From assembly GCA_965644295.1 (NCBI GenBank), contig CBFFRP010000298.1:248001-312000 (forward strand): a stretch of DNA of 64,000 nucleotides, given 5' to 3'. Position numbers and translations under genes: made by a program. Positions 60,331 through 64,000 of this stretch are shown piece after piece; within the stretch, counting starts at the first letter, position 1, and each line of letters opens with the position of its first letter. This DNA comes from Paraphysomonas bandaiensis. Its lineage: Eukaryota > Protista > Chrysophyceae. The notes beneath the pieces were generated by a model. The model was given only the letters and a program-made list of their open reading frames with translations, was not told the DNA's origin and searched no databases.

Positions 60331-62136
60331 TTAATTCTCAGCAGTTTGTGAACACGATATGCACCTGAAGGCTTTGCATCCTGTGAACACACATTGTGAC
60401 ATTGTTTCACGAAGTTGAACGTATCACACTGCAATAGCACCTGCTGTAAAGGAGACATTGTACTCCTTTTGCTGCTGCCTGGCACAACTGGAGTGAAATT
60501 CCTGTCGGCATACTTGGCAAATTTTCTGTAGAAATACGTTGTTACAACCAATGTTCGCTTGTGCTTTTACCGTGCAATCATCAGAGATCAGATATTATAA
60601 ACGCACAATTACAAGATGCATTCTGTGTACTTTCTCACCATTAGACCGTAAGGTGGCTCTTGACACACAGTGCATACTTTTGTACTGTGATTACCGGAGC
60701 GATTTTGTGGACGGGTTGTGGTGGAAGTAGTTGGAGATATATCCATACTTGAGGCAGGTAGTTTACTGGTGTCACTGACGGCAGGCTGTAAAAGAGAACT
60801 AGATGGAGAAGTAGTTGTGGAATAATGGCAATTAGAAGTAGCCTCTCTGATGCGCTTAATTGCACCATCGGTATCCGTGCAAGAAGTATCGCTGCTAGTT
60901 GACATCACCCGCTTTCCTAAACCACTCCATGACGAATCATTCACAGCATTACTGCTGTTATTGTCTTGTATTTCTCGTTCTAAGTCGGCACGCACACTAC
61001 GGGTTTCAGGTGAAGCTTTCACTTGAGTATTCTGTACCGTGGCGTCTGGAATTGACAATTGTGGGATCTGCTTTTCTCGAAGAGCTAACAGTAATTTCTC
61101 TATCTCAGCATCTCGCATAGCCATCTTCTCCTTCTGTCTGTATATACTCCACGATCAGTACGAGATAATGGACCAGAATACTATGGCACCCACCTCTCCT
61201 CAGCAATGGCCTTCATCTGTGTGACCTCTTCTGCCAACTTGTCCACAGTTAATTCCCATCCTTGTGAGACTTCCAATATCTTTTCCAGATATGCTCCAAC
61301 CTTTCCCTCCCTGTTCTCCCTATACCTAGATTCGTCCAAGCTTCGCTCAAGCCTCGATATTCTTTCTTTAAAACCTTGCTCCTGTGCCACCCATTCACGC
61401 TGAAGGCCCTCAAGCTCACCAACCCGACCTCCCAAATGTTCAACCTCTCCATTTGCTGCCCTCAAACGGCCCTCCAAAGCGATGACTTGGTCCTTAAATG
61501 CTTCCAGCTGTTGTGTACATCCCCTTAATAAACAACATGTCTCCGCGTAACGTGCAGTCATTACTGATAGTTCCTCCTTGGTGATGTGGAATGCATCTTG
61601 TATCTAACTCAACAACGCTCACTTAACACATGCTATAAAATCATTACAATACCTTTTGTATAATATTTCTCATAGCCTCTTCATCGGATTTCAGTGATTT
61701 CAGATAGCTATCAAAAGCATTCGCATCACTTTCCAAATCATCACTCTTTTCACATGCATTGGACAGCTGCTTCTTACAGCCTGACAATTCACTTCGTAGT
61801 TCCCCTATCAAGCACTCACTCGATATCAGATCACTACGATGCCTTTCACATTTGGCTCTGAGGTCAGCTGTGCAAAGTCATGTAACAATCAAGAGATATT
61901 CTCTACATATATAATAATCACATACCATTCTCCCTTTCGAGTGCCTGATTTTGTATAGACAGCTGATCTAGCTTCAAATCCAGCGCAGGATTACGCATAA
62001 CTATACTATCTTTGAAGGTATTTTGAGCCTCATTAGCTGGCTGTGTTGTTTCTTGATGGATTCTGTCATTGTCCGGTGCTTTAGCGAGTAATCCGATACG
62101 TGATTTGAGTTTAGCTGCAAGAAAATGTAAATCCAT
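60331..62136 (-). CDS. Coiled-coil protein with C-terminal PHD (C4HC3) finger (multi-exon)
   Basis: Heptad-rich exons, then spliced VCTVCQEPPYGLM|KICQVCRQEFHSSCARQ...FTA|GCKAFRCISCSQTAEN*. Confidence 0.8.
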
Positions 62137-64000
62137 AATAAATAATAATCACAACACAACAACGATATAGAGTGCTATAAAAGATATTGCCAGTAAGGCT
62201 ACAATCCAGTGAGAGAGATATCTCGTGCAGAACACGAGCATTGTATAGTTATATACATATGACTCTATGTATATGTATGTATGTATCCATCTATATGTAC
62301 ACATACATACATATACACATATCGGCACTATTCATACATACACAGTGCTGCTTAATAACTTCTTTTCGGGAAGAAGTGCGAATTCAAATATTTAGAGATG
62401 AGGATATGCGTATATGAGGCCCCTATACTTGATACCTTTATGCCTGTATATGGTATACCCTATACACATATAGTACGTGTACTTTGTATAGTATGCTGCT
62501 GTGAAGACAGGAGAAGTAGCCAATCAAAACATCGTTATACCAAGTGGAATGGGGAAAACGGCGTTACTGTTATTGTTGTAGCTACATAGATATGTATACG
62601 TGTGTCGAACTTGATGATGTTGTATCACTGTCATGCTTGGATTGACTCTAACTTAAGCGACTCAGCAACATAAACTTGTTCAACTAAACTGTTTCACAAA
62701 ACCTCAACAGAGTAACTACCACCGAGAATGTACTGGACTAGCTAAATGCTATGTATGGAGGCGTGTATGGAGTTTCAGTTAGCTGCCAAGGAATGGTTTC
62801 ATTTGAATAAACCAACATTGTAAATGTCTATCATAACGCATTAGACTTTCGCAACATATGGAACGGTCATTGATATTTCTGGCGATAAGAATGGTTTGCT
62901 ATTACAGCTTCAAATATATGTTGCTCTTTCTACCCACTTCCATTAGTTCCACATATTACGGCTTGAAAACTGCGACGCAGCGTTTTTGACTAGTATAGAA
63001 TTAATCTTCAATTAAAGTATCAATTCTAAAGACTTTATAAATGAATATTCAATGTACCTGCAGAAAACCCGGCTTTTAATATTGATATCACTGAGAATGT
63101 GATATCCTCTTGGCTTAATATTTTACTTTGTATGTACAGTCATTGTTTGTGTTTACGATCACATCAGTGCAAGTATATGTCTCGTAGGCTGTGTAACCCG
63201 CCTAACCTTCCGCAAACATAGTCTATAACTACCTATTACACATTCTAAGTTTCAGGGGGAAGTCGAAGTGGTAAACATTTGCTTCCATCTATCCGAATGT
63301 ATCAGACACACAATATAGCTATATAGTATGATATGCGTTAAATATACACAATATATCATACGTACCCTCATATCATGACTGTCATATTCTCCATGGAATA
63401 CGGTTGATTGGTGTTATGCCATTTCAGTAATTATCAAACATATATTTCTTCTCTGTGGTGATTTCAACAATTTTATACCTTTCAAATATTTTACTCCTCA
63501 TAGCCTTAATCCCCGCCATATATATATATATATATATATTCTTACTGCCTACTTCTGGATAGCTACTAGAGCCATCCTACTATCTCAGTAGACACAGATT
63601 TTTGTTGCTATCGCTGATATCAATGCTTATTTCTCTTATATAACGAACGCAAAGGTAGTGGATTCGCATGGACAATATGATGCACTCCAACTTGCCACGA
63701 ATTGCTTTTATGACACTTTCAGAAGAATACGGTAATGATTCTAGTAAGAAATATCTGAATCTAGTTATTCTCTATGGACACATACACCCAAAGACACGAA
63801 ATCGTGTACGCAAACGCACAAAGTGATCATATCATGAACCATATTATTATTGAACAGTCATATAGGATATAAAATGTAAAAACGGAAACCAGAAAAGTGA
63901 CAGAGTAGACATATAAATACGGACCGAGTGAGGAGACAGAATGAAATAGACAGCTACTTGCTAAGTGCCCTCACAACTAGCACCCGCGCCCCCTTATTCT

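Noticed and set aside
62140-64000. Short ORFs in the terminal region
   Set aside because: AT-rich, low-complexity sequence with no coherent exon chain or recognisable domain.

Overview
Eukaryotic genomic DNA with many short GT-AG introns. The gene content suggests a flagellated stramenopile-type protist (inference). It holds about 15 host genes: RAD17, a multi-domain glycosyltransferase, a MAPKK, TRIP4/ASC-1, a GT31 enzyme, an orphan intronless ORF, a calcineurin-B-like EF-hand protein, a CFAP97-domain protein, an EEP phosphoesterase, a His-box membrane desaturase-like protein, eIF1A, a cellulose-synthase-like GT2, an intron-containing bactofilin, a type I membrane protein, an Sfi1-like protein and a coiled-coil/PHD protein. 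Twelve of these form six head-to-head pairs, and repeats cluster in the gaps between pairs. Mobile DNA includes the 5' part of an uninterrupted Ty1/copia element running off the left edge (missed by the ORF track). There is also a young, complete 4.58-kb LTR element (about 99% identical LTRs, 4-bp TSD, tRNA-Ala-type PBS, PPT) that encodes only Gag plus protease, with its frame opening inside the LTR. Several short repeat families are present, including a nested foldback palindrome and a retroposon-like copy flanked by a 62-bp duplication. The best candidates for follow-up are the Gag-PR-only retroelement, the eukaryotic bactofilin and the motif-degenerate cellulose-synthase-like protein. Gene models and family calls were made by eye without database searches.
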